Source of the DNA: an uncultured bacterium
GTDB taxonomy: Bacteria > Patescibacteriota > Minisyncoccia > Phycocordibacterales > Phycocordibacteraceae
DNA length: 64,000 bases
Direction of reading: 5' to 3'
NCBI GenBank assembly: GCA_937879955.1
Contig: CALFMK010000001.1
Span: forward strand, 201,578 to 265,577
A model generated the notes under the pieces. The model worked only from the letters and a program-made list of their open reading frames with translations. It did not search any database and had not been told where the DNA came from. A program made the translations under genes and the position numbers. Of this stretch, positions 9,962 to 19,597 are shown in pieces (the stretch's first letter is position 1; every line of letters begins with the position of its first letter).

Positions 9962-10969
9962 TTATTCCCCTGCCCGCTTGAAGTACGCCTTGCCCGAGAA
10001 GCGCAGGTCGACATACTGGACCGAGCCGTCATTGAGCGCGAGCTGCGGGAACACGCTCGCCGCGATGCCGGCCGCCTCCTGCTCGCGACCGAGCACGTAG
10101 GTTATGCGGGTGCCGGCCTTCGTGTAGAGGTCGGCCTCGTCCTCGCGGAACGCGATCGACACGACATCAGCGCCGAGCGTCTGCACCGCCTTCACGAACC
10201 GGAGCGCCTCGGGGATGCGCGAGGAATGCCCGATATGCGCCTTCACCGGAGATGCGCCCTCCTGCCCTTCGATGGCGCTGTATACCCTGAGCGCCTCGGT
10301 CGTCGAGGCGAGCTCCGGAGGCACCGGCGCGAAGATGAGCCCTTCCGCGTTCGCGCTGTAGCAGGCGCCGTCGCCGAGCCCAGGGGCTTCTCCGCACCAC
10401 ACGAACGCCTCGGCGCGCGGAAGTGCACGGACGCGTATCGCGTTCAGGCCGTCAGCCGTTATGGAGACGGCTTCGATGTCGGGATAGGTCCCGAGGATGC
10501 GCGCGCGCATGTCCTCTTCAGGGATGAAGAAGAGCGAATTGCGCGGCAGCACGAACGCGTGCGTTCCCTGGAGCGACTGCTCAGCGATTTGCTTCGTGTC
10601 CTCCGCATGCGGACCCTCCACGGACACCGCGCTCACGCGGAACGCCGGGAGCCATGCGAGATAGACAAGGCCTGCCAGGAGCACGGAGAACGCGATGCCA
10701 AGTACGATGAGGAGCGCCTTCCGGTTCTTCTTGCGGCGCTTCTTCAAGGGCTCCTTCGGCTCAGGGCGCGCCTTCTTCCCGCGCGTGATAGTCACGTTCT
10801 TCGTCGAAGCAGGCACCGCCGGCTTCGCCACCGCCTTCGGGCGCGGCTTCGCGTGCATGTCATGCATGGTGCGTGGCGCAGGCGAGACGCGCGAAGCGGC
10901 CGGCTTCGCGACGGGTGCGCCCTGCGTGCGCGCCCTAGGCGCGATGTCCCAGGATTTCCTTTCCGACAT
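9962..10969 (-). CDS. ftsQ: Cell division protein FtsQ/DivIB-like
   Basis: Basic N-terminus, single TM, POTRA-like region, C-terminal YVDLRF. Confidence 0.75.
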   Translation of the reverse strand: MSERKSWDIAPRARTQGAPVAKPAASRVSPAPRTMHDMHAKPRPKAVAKPAVPASTKNVTITRGKKARPEPKEPLKKRRKKNRKALLIVLGIAFSVLLAGLVYLAWLPAFRVSAVSVEGPHAEDTKQIAEQSLQGTHAFVLPRNSLFFIPEEDMRARILGTYPDIEAVSITADGLNAIRVRALPRAEAFVWCGEAPGLGDGACYSANAEGLIFAPVPPELASTTEALRVYSAIEGQEGASPVKAHIGHSSRIPEALRFVKAVQTLGADVVSIAFREDEADLYTKAGTRITYVLGREQEAAGIAASVFPQLALNDGSVQYVDLRFSGKAYFKRAGE

Positions 10970-12218
10970 ACGGGACGAGCGCTTCAGGGACGCGTATCGT
11001 GCCGTCCTCCTGCTGGTAGTTCTCGACGAGCACCGCGAGGAAGCGCGGGAACGCGAGCGCGGTGTTGTTCAGCGAGTGCGCGAACTTGAGCGTGCCGTCC
11101 TCGTCGCGGTAGCGGATGTTGAGGCGGCGCGCCTGGAAGTCATGGAAATAGGAGGACGAGTGGGTCTCGCGGTACTTGTTCTCCCCAGGCATCCACGCCT
11201 CGATGTCGTATTTCTTCACCTGGCCGAGACCGAGGTCTCCGCCGCAGTTCACCACGACGCGGTACGGGATGCCGAGGGCCTGGAGGACCTCCTCCGCGTT
11301 CTGCGTGAGCTCCTCATGCAGGCGCACCGATTCGGCATGCGACGCCTCGGAGAGGACGACCTGCTCGAACTTGTAGAACTCGTGCACGCGCACGAGGCCC
11401 TTCGTGTCCTTCCCGTGCGCGCCGATCTCGCGGCGGAAGCACGGCGAGAAGGAGAAGTACTTCAGCGGGAACTGGGACTTGTCGAGGGTCTCGTCGAGGT
11501 GATACGCCATCGTGGCGACCTCGGCGGTTCCAGCGAGGTACTCGGCGTCCTGCGTCTTATAGAGGTCGTCCTCGCTCTGCGGCAGGTAGCCGGTACCCAT
11601 GAATCCCTCGCGGCGCACCAGGGACGGCACCACCATCGGCGTCCAGGTGTCGCCCTTCGCGTTCTTCTGCATGAAATGGTTCGTGAGGAACTGCCAGAGG
11701 CCGTACATGAGGAGCGCGCCGTCTCCCTTCAGGAAGTAGCCGCGGAATCCGGCCACCTTGGTGCCGCGCTCGAAGTCGGCCATGTCCGCCTTGCCCATGA
11801 GCTCGACGTGGTCCTTCGCCGGGAAGGAGAACGCTCTCGGCTCTCCCCACTTCTTCACCTCCTGGTTCTCCGCGTCGCTCTCGCCTTCCGGCACCGTCAT
11901 GTCGGGGATGTTCGGGACGGCGAGCATGAGCTTCTGCCACTCCTCCATGACGGCCTTGAGCTTCTCCTCGAGCTCGGCCATGCCTTCCTTCACGAAACGC
12001 ATCGCCTCGAGGAGCTTCTCGCGCTCCTCGCCCGAGGCGAGCGCGATGGTCTTGCTCGCATGATTCTGCTCCGCGCGCTTCGCGTCGAGCGTCTGGCGGA
12101 GCTGCTTGCGCTCGTCGTCGACGGCGATGAGGCGGTCGATATCGATCTCTATGTGCTTCTTCGCGGCACCCATCTTTACGAGGTCCGCGTTCTCCCGGAT
12201 GAAGTGGATATCGAGCAT
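10935..12218 (-). CDS. serS: Serine--tRNA ligase
   Basis: MLDIHFIREN, GTAEV, CFRREIG, RVHEFYKFE, HSLNNTALAFPR. Confidence 0.97.
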   Translation of the reverse strand: MLDIHFIRENADLVKMGAAKKHIEIDIDRLIAVDDERKQLRQTLDAKRAEQNHASKTIALASGEEREKLLEAMRFVKEGMAELEEKLKAVMEEWQKLMLAVPNIPDMTVPEGESDAENQEVKKWGEPRAFSFPAKDHVELMGKADMADFERGTKVAGFRGYFLKGDGALLMYGLWQFLTNHFMQKNAKGDTWTPMVVPSLVRREGFMGTGYLPQSEDDLYKTQDAEYLAGTAEVATMAYHLDETLDKSQFPLKYFSFSPCFRREIGAHGKDTKGLVRVHEFYKFEQVVLSEASHAESVRLHEELTQNAEEVLQALGIPYRVVVNCGGDLGLGQVKKYDIEAWMPGENKYRETHSSSYFHDFQARRLNIRYRDEDGTLKFAHSLNNTALAFPRFLAVLVENYQQEDGTIRVPEALVPYVGKEILGHRA

Positions 12219-12310
12219 GATTTCCGTACTATACGGCAGGATGGCTTCATGGAAAAGACGCGGTATACCGAATATGCTAGGGTAACGCGAGAACAGCAGA
12301 GGAGGTCGTC

Positions 12311-12610
12311 ATGGCCGACATAGTGACTGAGCTGGATATCAAGGAGGGTATCCGAAAGTACAATGACGAGATCTTCCCTGCCTTTTCGGAAGAGGAGCAG
12401 ATCCTCGCCCTGGCCGGGAATCGACTCAGCGCATACTACGAGGTCTACGACAGCATCAAGACCCGGGAAGAATCCGCACGAGACTTCTTGGTCAAGGAAT
12501 ACGGCCCGAAGTTTGCCGAGCGCGTCCTCGCGGACCCGAATCTCAGGAAGAGGATGAGGCTGGACGAGCCGCCGGTGACGACCGGCACCGAGACTGCCGG
12601 GACCATATGA
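12311..12610 (+). CDS. Hypothetical protein (orphan)
   Basis: GAGGAGGT SD, 99 aa, followed by hairpin terminator. Confidence 0.7.
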   Translation: MADIVTELDIKEGIRKYNDEIFPAFSEEEQILALAGNRLSAYYEVYDSIKTREESARDFLVKEYGPKFAERVLADPNLRKRMRLDEPPVTTGTETAGTI

Positions 12611-12701
12611 CCTGAAGAGCGCGCCGGCATACCCGGCGCGCTTATCTTTCTCTTATCTCTTCCCAATCCCCCCACTATCGCGCATTACGTACTCTCGCGA
12701 G

Positions 12702-13370
12702 ATGGACATACGCACCATCGAACAGGATTCATACACCGAGGAAGGGCTCGGGTCGCTCAGCGAGATCCCGCAGCCACCAGAACGCCTCTGGCTGCGCGGC
12801 ACGCCCCCGCCGAAAGGAACGAGGAAGCTCGTAGTTGTCGGATCGAGATCGCTCACCGACTACGGCCGACATGCCTGCGAGTCTCTTATAAAAGGTCTCG
12901 CAGGGTATCCGGTATCCATCGTCTCAGGACTCGCGCTCGGGGCGGATGCCTGCGCGCATCGGGCCGCGCTCGCAGCCGGCCTCCATACCATCGCCATACC
13001 AGGCTCCGGGCTCGACGAACGCTTCATCGCGCCGCAGACGAACCTTGCCCTGGCGAAGGAGATCCTCGCGTCCGGAGGCGCGCTCCTTTCCGAGCATCCG
13101 CCGAAGACGCAGGCGCTTCCGCGCTACTTCCCTTCGAGGAACCGGATCATGGTAGGGATCGCCGACGCGGTGCTCGTCATCGAGGCGGGAGCACGGTCGG
13201 GAACGCTCATCACGGCGCGCCTTTCGGCCGAGTACGACCGCGCGCTCATGTGCGTCCCGCACCGCATCCACGAGGCCAATAGCTACGGTCCGCACCAGTT
13301 CATCAGGCTCGGCGCGGAGCTCGTCTCGGAGAGCGCGCATATACTCGAGACGCTCGGCATTCCTGCGTGA
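12702..13370 (+). CDS. dprA: DNA-processing protein DprA
   Basis: VVGSR, IVSGLALGADA.AH, FPSRNRIM, EAGARSGTLITA; upstream of topA. Confidence 0.95.
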   Translation: MDIRTIEQDSYTEEGLGSLSEIPQPPERLWLRGTPPPKGTRKLVVVGSRSLTDYGRHACESLIKGLAGYPVSIVSGLALGADACAHRAALAAGLHTIAIPGSGLDERFIAPQTNLALAKEILASGGALLSEHPPKTQALPRYFPSRNRIMVGIADAVLVIEAGARSGTLITARLSAEYDRALMCVPHRIHEANSYGPHQFIRLGAELVSESAHILETLGIPA

Positions 13371-13437
13371 ACATAAAGGCGCGTCCACCGGCTATGCTTG
13401 ACCATATATAGGTATGCGCGGTATCTCTTGATACTAC

Positions 13438-15837
13438 ATGGCAAAGAGACTCCTCATCGTAGAGTCGCCTGCGAAGGCGCGCACCATCCAGCAGTACCTC
13501 GGTTCCGACTACGAGGTACTTGCCTCCGTGGGCCACGTCCGCGACCTCCCGAAGTCCAACAAGGATGCGGTTGATATCGAGGACGGCTTCAAGCCGCGCT
13601 ACGTCATATCGGCCGACAAGCGTGACGTGATAGAGAAGATCAGGAAGGCGGCGGCGAAGGCCGACGAGATCTTCCTCGCGACGGACCCCGACCGCGAAGG
13701 AGAGGCGATCGCCTGGCACGTGAAAGAGGCCGTGGGCCTGAAGAAGCCCCAGCGCGTGGTCTTCCACGAGATCACCAAAGCCGCTGTCGAGGAGGCCCTC
13801 GCGCATCCGCGCGCGATCGACGAGGACCTGCGCCGCGCGCAGGAGGCGCGCCGTGTGCTCGACCGTCTCGTAGGCTACGACCTCTCGGGTCTCATCTGGA
13901 AGAAGGTGCGCTACGGCCTCTCGGCCGGACGCGTGCAGTCCCCGGCGCTCCGCATCCTCGCCGAGCGCGAGCGCGAGATCAACGCGTTCGTCCCCGAGAC
14001 GTACTACACGCTCGACGCCATCTTCAAGGCGGAGACCAAGCAGGCGAAGGCCGAGTTCCCCGCCTCCTGCGTCGAGGAGCCGACGTCAGCGAGCGAGGCC
14101 GAACGTATCGTGACCGTCGGACGCGCGTCCTCATGGGTAGTCGCCGAGGTGAAGGAGCGCGCCGAGGAGCGCCAGCCGCGCCCGCCGTTCACCACATCCA
14201 CTCTCCAGCAGGCAGGCTCCACCCGCCTCGGCTTCTCGCCGAGCCGCACCATGCGCGCGGCCCAGAAGCTCTACGAGGCCGGTCACATTACCTACATGCG
14301 TACGGACTCCGTGAACCTCTCGAAGGACGCGGTCGCCGTGATGGCGAAGACCGTGGAGGCAGAGTTCGGGAAGGAGTACGTCGAGGTGCGTGCCTATAAG
14401 ACGAAGAGCAAGAACGCGCAGGAAGCGCACGAGGCCGTCCGTCCCACCGATCCCGCCCGCAAGACGGCGGGCAGTACCGCGGACGAGCAGAGCCTCTATG
14501 CCCTCATCCGCACCCGCACGCTCGCGTCCCAGATGGCTGCCGCGAAGATGCTCCGCACGAGCGTGAAGGCGCAGGCCATGAAGGACGGCGCTGACGCAGG
14601 CATCCCGCTCTTCAGCGGCAACGGCTCGCGCGTCGTGTTCCCGGGCTGGCTCGTCTGCGACACGAAGGCGCGCGGCGAGGACGTCGAGCTCCCGAAGCTC
14701 ACCGAGGGCGAATCCCTCGGCCTCGTCTCGCTCGGCTCGCTCGAGAAGCAGACCGAACCGCCCAACCGCTACACGGAGGCAGGCCTCGTGAAGGAGCTCG
14801 AAAAGCGCGGCATCGGCCGCCCGTCGACGTACGCGTCCATCATGAAGACCATCCAGGACCGCGGCTACGTGGAGAAGACCGGCCGCACCCTCACCCCGAC
14901 CGCGACCGGCATGGTGGTATCCGGCTGGCTCGAGGAACATTTCGCGGACTACATCAGCGACTCGTTCACGGCCGAGATGGAGGACGAGCTCGACGAGATC
15001 TCGCGCGGCGAGCGCGGATACGAGTCGACGATGAAGGAGTTCTACGGCCCGTTCAAGAAGGCCGTGGACTCGAAGGAGGACCTCCCGAAGGCGACAAGTC
15101 TCGGGAAGGTGCCTGACGAGATCCGCTGCCCGGTCTGCGGTGCGCCGATGGAATTCAAGCTCGGCCGAGGCGGCGTCTTCATGAGCTGCACCCGGTATCC
15201 GGAGTGCGAAGGCGCGCGCCAGGAAGATGGCACGGAGTTGAAGAGCGACGAGCCGCTCGGCAACGATCCTGAGACCGGCACGCCGATCTTCGTGAAGACC
15301 GGACGCTTCGGCCCGTACGTCGAGATGGAGATCCCTGCAGAGCTCCCTGTCCAGGAGTTCACGAAGACTGGAAAGCCGAAGAAGATGAAGGAGCCGAAGA
15401 AGGCGTTCAAGCGCGCGAGCGTGCCTGCGGGCGTCGACCTCGCTTCCCTCACCCTCAAGGACGCCCTCCACTATCTCTCGCTCCCGCGCACGCTCGGGAA
15501 CCATCCGATAAGCGGCAAGCCCGTCATCGCGAACATCGGACGCTTCGGCCCGTACGTCGGCCATGACGGCGAGTTCCGCTCGCTCAAGGGCGCGGACGAC
15601 CCGTACACCGTGACGCTCGACCGCGCGGTATCCGTGCTCGCGGAACCGAAGCGTCCGCCCAAGGGCGTCGACATCGTGCGCGAGGTCGGCAAGCATCCGA
15701 AGACCGGCAAGGCCATCACGCTCTACAAGTCGAAGGCAGGCCTGTTCCTCAAGAAAGGGCTCCGCCGCATCTATCTGCCGGAGAGCCAGAAGGCCGACGA
15801 GCTCACCCCGCTCGAGGCCGCCGAATACCTGAAATGA
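13438..15837 (+). CDS. topA: DNA topoisomerase I
   Basis: LIVESPAKA, ATDPDREGE, SAGRVQS, ITYMRTDS; one Zn ribbon plus GRFGPY C-terminal repeats. Confidence 0.98.
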   Translation: MAKRLLIVESPAKARTIQQYLGSDYEVLASVGHVRDLPKSNKDAVDIEDGFKPRYVISADKRDVIEKIRKAAAKADEIFLATDPDREGEAIAWHVKEAVGLKKPQRVVFHEITKAAVEEALAHPRAIDEDLRRAQEARRVLDRLVGYDLSGLIWKKVRYGLSAGRVQSPALRILAEREREINAFVPETYYTLDAIFKAETKQAKAEFPASCVEEPTSASEAERIVTVGRASSWVVAEVKERAEERQPRPPFTTSTLQQAGSTRLGFSPSRTMRAAQKLYEAGHITYMRTDSVNLSKDAVAVMAKTVEAEFGKEYVEVRAYKTKSKNAQEAHEAVRPTDPARKTAGSTADEQSLYALIRTRTLASQMAAAKMLRTSVKAQAMKDGADAGIPLFSGNGSRVVFPGWLVCDTKARGEDVELPKLTEGESLGLVSLGSLEKQTEPPNRYTEAGLVKELEKRGIGRPSTYASIMKTIQDRGYVEKTGRTLTPTATGMVVSGWLEEHFADYISDSFTAEMEDELDEISRGERGYESTMKEFYGPFKKAVDSKEDLPKATSLGKVPDEIRCPVCGAPMEFKLGRGGVFMSCTRYPECEGARQEDGTELKSDEPLGNDPETGTPIFVKTGRFGPYVEMEIPAELPVQEFTKTGKPKKMKEPKKAFKRASVPAGVDLASLTLKDALHYLSLPRTLGNHPISGKPVIANIGRFGPYVGHDGEFRSLKGADDPYTVTLDRAVSVLAEPKRPPKGVDIVREVGKHPKTGKAITLYKSKAGLFLKKGLRRIYLPESQKADELTPLEAAEYLK

Positions 15838-15876
15838 GAAAGACGGAGCGTTCTGCTCCGTCTTTTCGTATCTCTC

Positions 15877-16071
15877 TTACGCACCTCCGCCCGGCGCGTC
15901 ATCGACGTGGCCGAGCGGTAGGTCCTCCGCGAGCGGCGCTCGATGGATGCCAGCGGCGCTAGTGAGCGATTCCATGACATCTTCGAAGTTGCAGTCCTCC
16001 GGTGTACGAGCGTCTCCCATCGGATGCACCCTTCCGCAGAACGCGCAGCGACCGGTCGTTGCGATGACCAT
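15877..16071 (-). CDS. Small putative Zn-binding orphan protein (64 aa)
   Basis: GGAGGT SD; CAFCGRVH...C motif. Confidence 0.55.
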   Translation of the reverse strand: MVIATTGRCAFCGRVHPMGDARTPEDCNFEDVMESLTSAAGIHRAPLAEDLPLGHVDDAPGGGA

Positions 16072-16129
16072 TAGTACCTCCCGTGATAATGACCGTACCT
16101 GAGAGCGATGATACACTTCACGGTACGCT

Positions 16130-17728
16130 ATGACCACCGTCAAGGAGATACTCGCCCAGATGAGCGGCCTCACGCCAGAGGAGACCGCGCTGATCGAGAA
16201 GGCCTACGAGTTCGGTAGGAACGCGCACAAGGACCACACCCGGTACTCCGGCGAGCCCTATTTCATACACCCTGCGGCGGTCGCGAAGCATCTCGCCGAG
16301 CTCGGCATGGACGCGCCGACGGTAGCGGCCGCGCTCGTCCATGACACCATCGAGGACGTCGGCACCACCCCCGAGGAGATCGGCGCAGCGCTCGGTCCTG
16401 AGGTGCTCTTCCTCGTGGAAGGCGTGACCAAGCTCGGCAAGCACAAGTACCAGGGCGGCGAGCGCCATGCAGAGTCCTTGAGGCGGCTCCTCGTCGCGAC
16501 CGCGTCCGACGTGCGCGTGCTCATCGTGAAGCTCGCGGACCGCTACCACAACATGACGACCCTCGCGCACGTGCCGGAGGCGAAGCAGAAGCGCATCGCG
16601 CTCGAGACGCTCGAGATCTACGCGCCTATCGCGGACCGCCTCGGTATGGGTTCCATGAAGAAGGAGCTCGAGGACCTCGCGTTCCCTGCCATAGACCCTG
16701 ACGCGTACCAGCACGCGGTAGAGGTGCGGAAGTTGAAGAACAAGGAGACCGAGGCCGGCCTCGCGCGCGTCCAGAAGGAACTCCGCCACGCGCTCGCGCG
16801 CAAGGAGCTCAAGGACTTCTCGACCTCCGTGCGCACCAAGGGTCTCTGGAGCCTCCACCAGAAGCTGAAGCGCAAGGGCGACGACATCACGCGTATCCAC
16901 GATATCGCGGCCCTGCGCGTCGTGGTGCCCACCATCGACGACTGCTACACCGCGCTCGGCGTGATCCATTCCCTCTGGAAGCCGCTGCCGGGAGAGTTCA
17001 AGGACTACATCTCCTTCCCGAAGCCAAACGGCTACCAGTCCCTCCATACGACGGTCGTGACCGGGGACGCCGGCATCGTCGAGATGCAGGTGCGCACCAA
17101 GGACATGCACCAGCGTGCGCAGTTCGGTATCGCCTCGCACATGTCGTACAAGGCCCTCGCGAAGGATTCCGGCAAGACCGCCTTCCAGCGGCTCTCCTTC
17201 CCGTGGATCCGCGACCTCGTGCCTGCGCTCCTCAACATGAAGCGACCTGCCCCTGCCGCGAAGGACGTGCAGGCTTCTACCGAGATCCCGCGCTGGCTCA
17301 CCGATCTCAAGGAGGCGCATGCAGAGGTGGTGGGAAGCGACGAGTTCGTCGAAGGGCTCAAAAGCGACTTCTTCTCGCATCGCATATTCATCTTCACGCC
17401 GAAAGGCGACGTAATCGACCTTCCCACCGAGTCCACGCCCGTGGATTTCGCCTACGCCATCCACAGCGACCTCGGCGACCACATGCAGGGCGCGAAGGTG
17501 AACGGCAAGCTCGTGTCGTTCGACACGCAGCTCCGGAACGGCGACATCATCGAGATCCTCAAGTCGAAGTCCGCGCGACCGACGGCGAAGTGGATAGACT
17601 ACGCGCGCACGAGCATGGCGCGCCGCCACATCCGCGCGACGCTCGACGACACTGACCGCGCGCGCCCCTCGGGCGACAACCTGAAGCCGCGGAAGGACTA
17701 TCCGCGGAAGCAGAAGAAGGCGAAATAA
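16130..17728 (+). CDS. rel: RelA/SpoT family (p)ppGpp synthetase/hydrolase (HD-SYNTH-TGS, no ACT)
   Basis: RYSGEPYFIHP, HDTIED, KLADRYHN, KDYI..PKPNGYQSLHT, TPVDFAY.IHSDLG. Confidence 0.95.
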   Translation: MTTVKEILAQMSGLTPEETALIEKAYEFGRNAHKDHTRYSGEPYFIHPAAVAKHLAELGMDAPTVAAALVHDTIEDVGTTPEEIGAALGPEVLFLVEGVTKLGKHKYQGGERHAESLRRLLVATASDVRVLIVKLADRYHNMTTLAHVPEAKQKRIALETLEIYAPIADRLGMGSMKKELEDLAFPAIDPDAYQHAVEVRKLKNKETEAGLARVQKELRHALARKELKDFSTSVRTKGLWSLHQKLKRKGDDITRIHDIAALRVVVPTIDDCYTALGVIHSLWKPLPGEFKDYISFPKPNGYQSLHTTVVTGDAGIVEMQVRTKDMHQRAQFGIASHMSYKALAKDSGKTAFQRLSFPWIRDLVPALLNMKRPAPAAKDVQASTEIPRWLTDLKEAHAEVVGSDEFVEGLKSDFFSHRIFIFTPKGDVIDLPTESTPVDFAYAIHSDLGDHMQGAKVNGKLVSFDTQLRNGDIIEILKSKSARPTAKWIDYARTSMARRHIRATLDDTDRARPSGDNLKPRKDYPRKQKKAK

Positions 17729-17766
17729 GAAGAGCCGCTCGATATCGAGCGGCTCTTCTTATTTCG
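17721..17766. terminator. Perfect 46-bp palindrome, probable bidirectional terminator between rel and parB
   Basis: CGAAATAAGAAGAGCCGCTCGAT|ATCGAGCGGCTCTTCTTATTTCG. Confidence 0.8.
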
Positions 17767-17772
17767 ATTCGG

Positions 17773-18816
17773 TTAGACCGTGAAGCTGCTCACCGAGTAG
17801 AGGTCTTCCTCGGGCTCCTGCCGGACCGCAGGGAGCGGCGCGGGCGGGATCTCCGCGAGCTGCGTCGTGTTCGGATGGATAGGCATCGGCGAGAGCGGCG
17901 ATGGCACAGGATCGGGCTCTGAGGGGTCCGCTGCTGGCTGTGCCTCTTCCGCGAGGAGCGCCGCTTCGCGGGTAGCGAGCATCGTAGCGATATGCGAGAG
18001 GTCCTCCGGCGAGAAGAACTCGATGAGGAGGCGGCCGCCCTGCGGACGGTTCTCGATGAGGACGCGGGTGCCGAGCGTCTCCGTGAGGGACTTCTCGAGC
18101 GCCATCATCTCGGGCGTCTTGTCGTGCTTGCGGATCTTGTCCTGCGCGAGGCGGCGCGCCATCTGCTCAACCATGCGTACCGAGGTCTTCTTGAGCACGA
18201 TCTCCTTGAAGAGCGTGTCGCGCTCCTCGGGCTTGTCGTTCAGCATCAGGAGCGCGCGGGCATGTCCCTCGGAGAGCTCCTTGCCCACCACCGCCTGCTG
18301 GATGGCCTCAGGGAGCATGAGGAGGCGGATCGAGTTCGAGACGTACTCGCGCGAGCGGCCGATCTTCGCACCGATCTCCGCGTGCGAGATGGCGAAGGTC
18401 TCGGCGAGCTGCGCCAGCGCCTTCGCACGGTCTATGGCATTGAGGTCCTCGCGCTGGAGGTTCTCGATGATGGCGAGCTCGAGCTTCATCTTGTCCGTCT
18501 GCTCGCCTGCGCGGATCACGACCGGCACCTCCTTGAGGCCGATGAGCTTGGAGGCCCTCAGGCGGCGCTCTCCGGCGATGAGCTGGTAGAGGGCCTGGAT
18601 GCCGCCCTCGGCCTTCTCGACCTCCTTGCGGGTCACGACGAGCGGCTGGAGCACCCCGTACTGCCGTATGGACTCCGCGAGCGCCTTGAGGCGCTCTTCG
18701 TCGAACTCGACGCGCGGCTGGTACGGGTTCGGCTCGATACGGCTCACTTCAACCCAGTACACCGAGTCGTACTTCGTCGGCTGTACGAACGATTCCCCCT
18801 GCTGATTCCCGGACAT
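17773..18816 (-). CDS. parB: ParB/Spo0J partition protein (start uncertain, up to 18834)
   Basis: PNPYQPR..F, GVLQP, LIAGERRLRA, IENLQREDLN, GHARALL. Confidence 0.95.
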   Translation of the reverse strand: MSGNQQGESFVQPTKYDSVYWVEVSRIEPNPYQPRVEFDEERLKALAESIRQYGVLQPLVVTRKEVEKAEGGIQALYQLIAGERRLRASKLIGLKEVPVVIRAGEQTDKMKLELAIIENLQREDLNAIDRAKALAQLAETFAISHAEIGAKIGRSREYVSNSIRLLMLPEAIQQAVVGKELSEGHARALLMLNDKPEERDTLFKEIVLKKTSVRMVEQMARRLAQDKIRKHDKTPEMMALEKSLTETLGTRVLIENRPQGGRLLIEFFSPEDLSHIATMLATREAALLAEEAQPAADPSEPDPVPSPLSPMPIHPNTTQLAEIPPAPLPAVRQEPEEDLYSVSSFTV

Positions 18817-18887
18817 AGTCATGATGAGAGTCATTGTATCATCGCGCCTCCGCTTTGCAGGAGCGAGACCTGTGAAGTACGATTACC

Positions 18888-18980
18888 TGCGTGCCGATAC
18901 GTCGGTGCGCATCGGTGCACGGCGCGTACGCGCGCCGTGCACAACCGTTCGGGGAGCCGAGGGTACGCCCTCGCCCCGAA
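18888..18980 (+). ncRNA. Structured pre-tRNA leader or sRNA candidate: three UACG-capped hairpins
   Basis: TTGCAG-N17-TACGAT promoter (18855-18883), then three stems each with a TACG loop. Confidence 0.55.
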
Positions 18981-18983
18981 TAT

Positions 18984-19065
18984 GCCGGGGTGGCGGAGTT
19001 GGTATACGCGGCGGATTCAAAACCCGCTCCCGCAAGGGTCGAGGGTTCGAGCCCCTCCCCCGGCA
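18984..19065 (+). tRNA. tRNA-Leu(CAA)
   Basis: GCCGGGG..CCCCGGC-A, loop TT-CAA-AA, long variable arm; CCA not encoded. Confidence 0.95.
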
Positions 19066-19124
19066 CAACCGATTTAAATATTCTAAAGCTGTGTTATAAT
19101 AGGCTCGATCAAGCAGGAGGGCCA

Positions 19125-19262
19125 ATGATCAAGTTCTTTGTGCGCACCATGAGGGCATGGCGCAAGTACCGCTCCCAGAGGAAGCGGATGACACGGAAAT
19201 TCTGTCCGGACAGGTTCAACAGGAATCTCACCCGAACAACGCAAGACCGCACCGTGGCCTGA
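19125..19262 (+). CDS. Small basic orphan peptide (45 aa)
   Basis: TATAAT at 19095, AGGAGG SD, MIKFFVRTMRAWRKYRSQRKR..., downstream hairpin and T-run. Confidence 0.5.
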   Translation: MIKFFVRTMRAWRKYRSQRKRMTRKFCPDRFNRNLTRTTQDRTVA

Positions 19263-19391
19263 ACGGCCGCTACGCGATGCGCTCACGCCCGGCTGATTCT
19301 TCAGCCGGGCGTTCACTTTTTACTGCATCATTGCCGCTTCGTATTCCGTTTGATACGCTACCTCTTCCCGCTATCACAGGAGCTTCCAGTA

Positions 19392-19547
19392 ATGCTGTTT
19401 GGTGCGTTCTCTACCGTTCTGCTCCCTCTGACCTTCGGAGCGATCCTTGGTCCCCTTCCCGCTGACTCGGACGACCCGTCCGAGTGCGAGCACGGCTCAG
19501 GGATCGAATGGGCGGCTGTAAACCTCACATCCAAGAAGGAGCCCTGA
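19392..19547 (+). CDS. Small orphan peptide (51 aa), hydrophobic N-terminus
   Basis: AGGAG SD; followed by terminator AAGGGCCGTCGC..GCGACGGCCCTTTTT. Confidence 0.4.
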   Translation: MLFGAFSTVLLPLTFGAILGPLPADSDDPSECEHGSGIEWAAVNLTSKKEP

Positions 19548-19597
19548 TACGGGCAAGGGCCGTCGCGATGCGACGGCCCTTTTTGCTTTCTTCGCCC

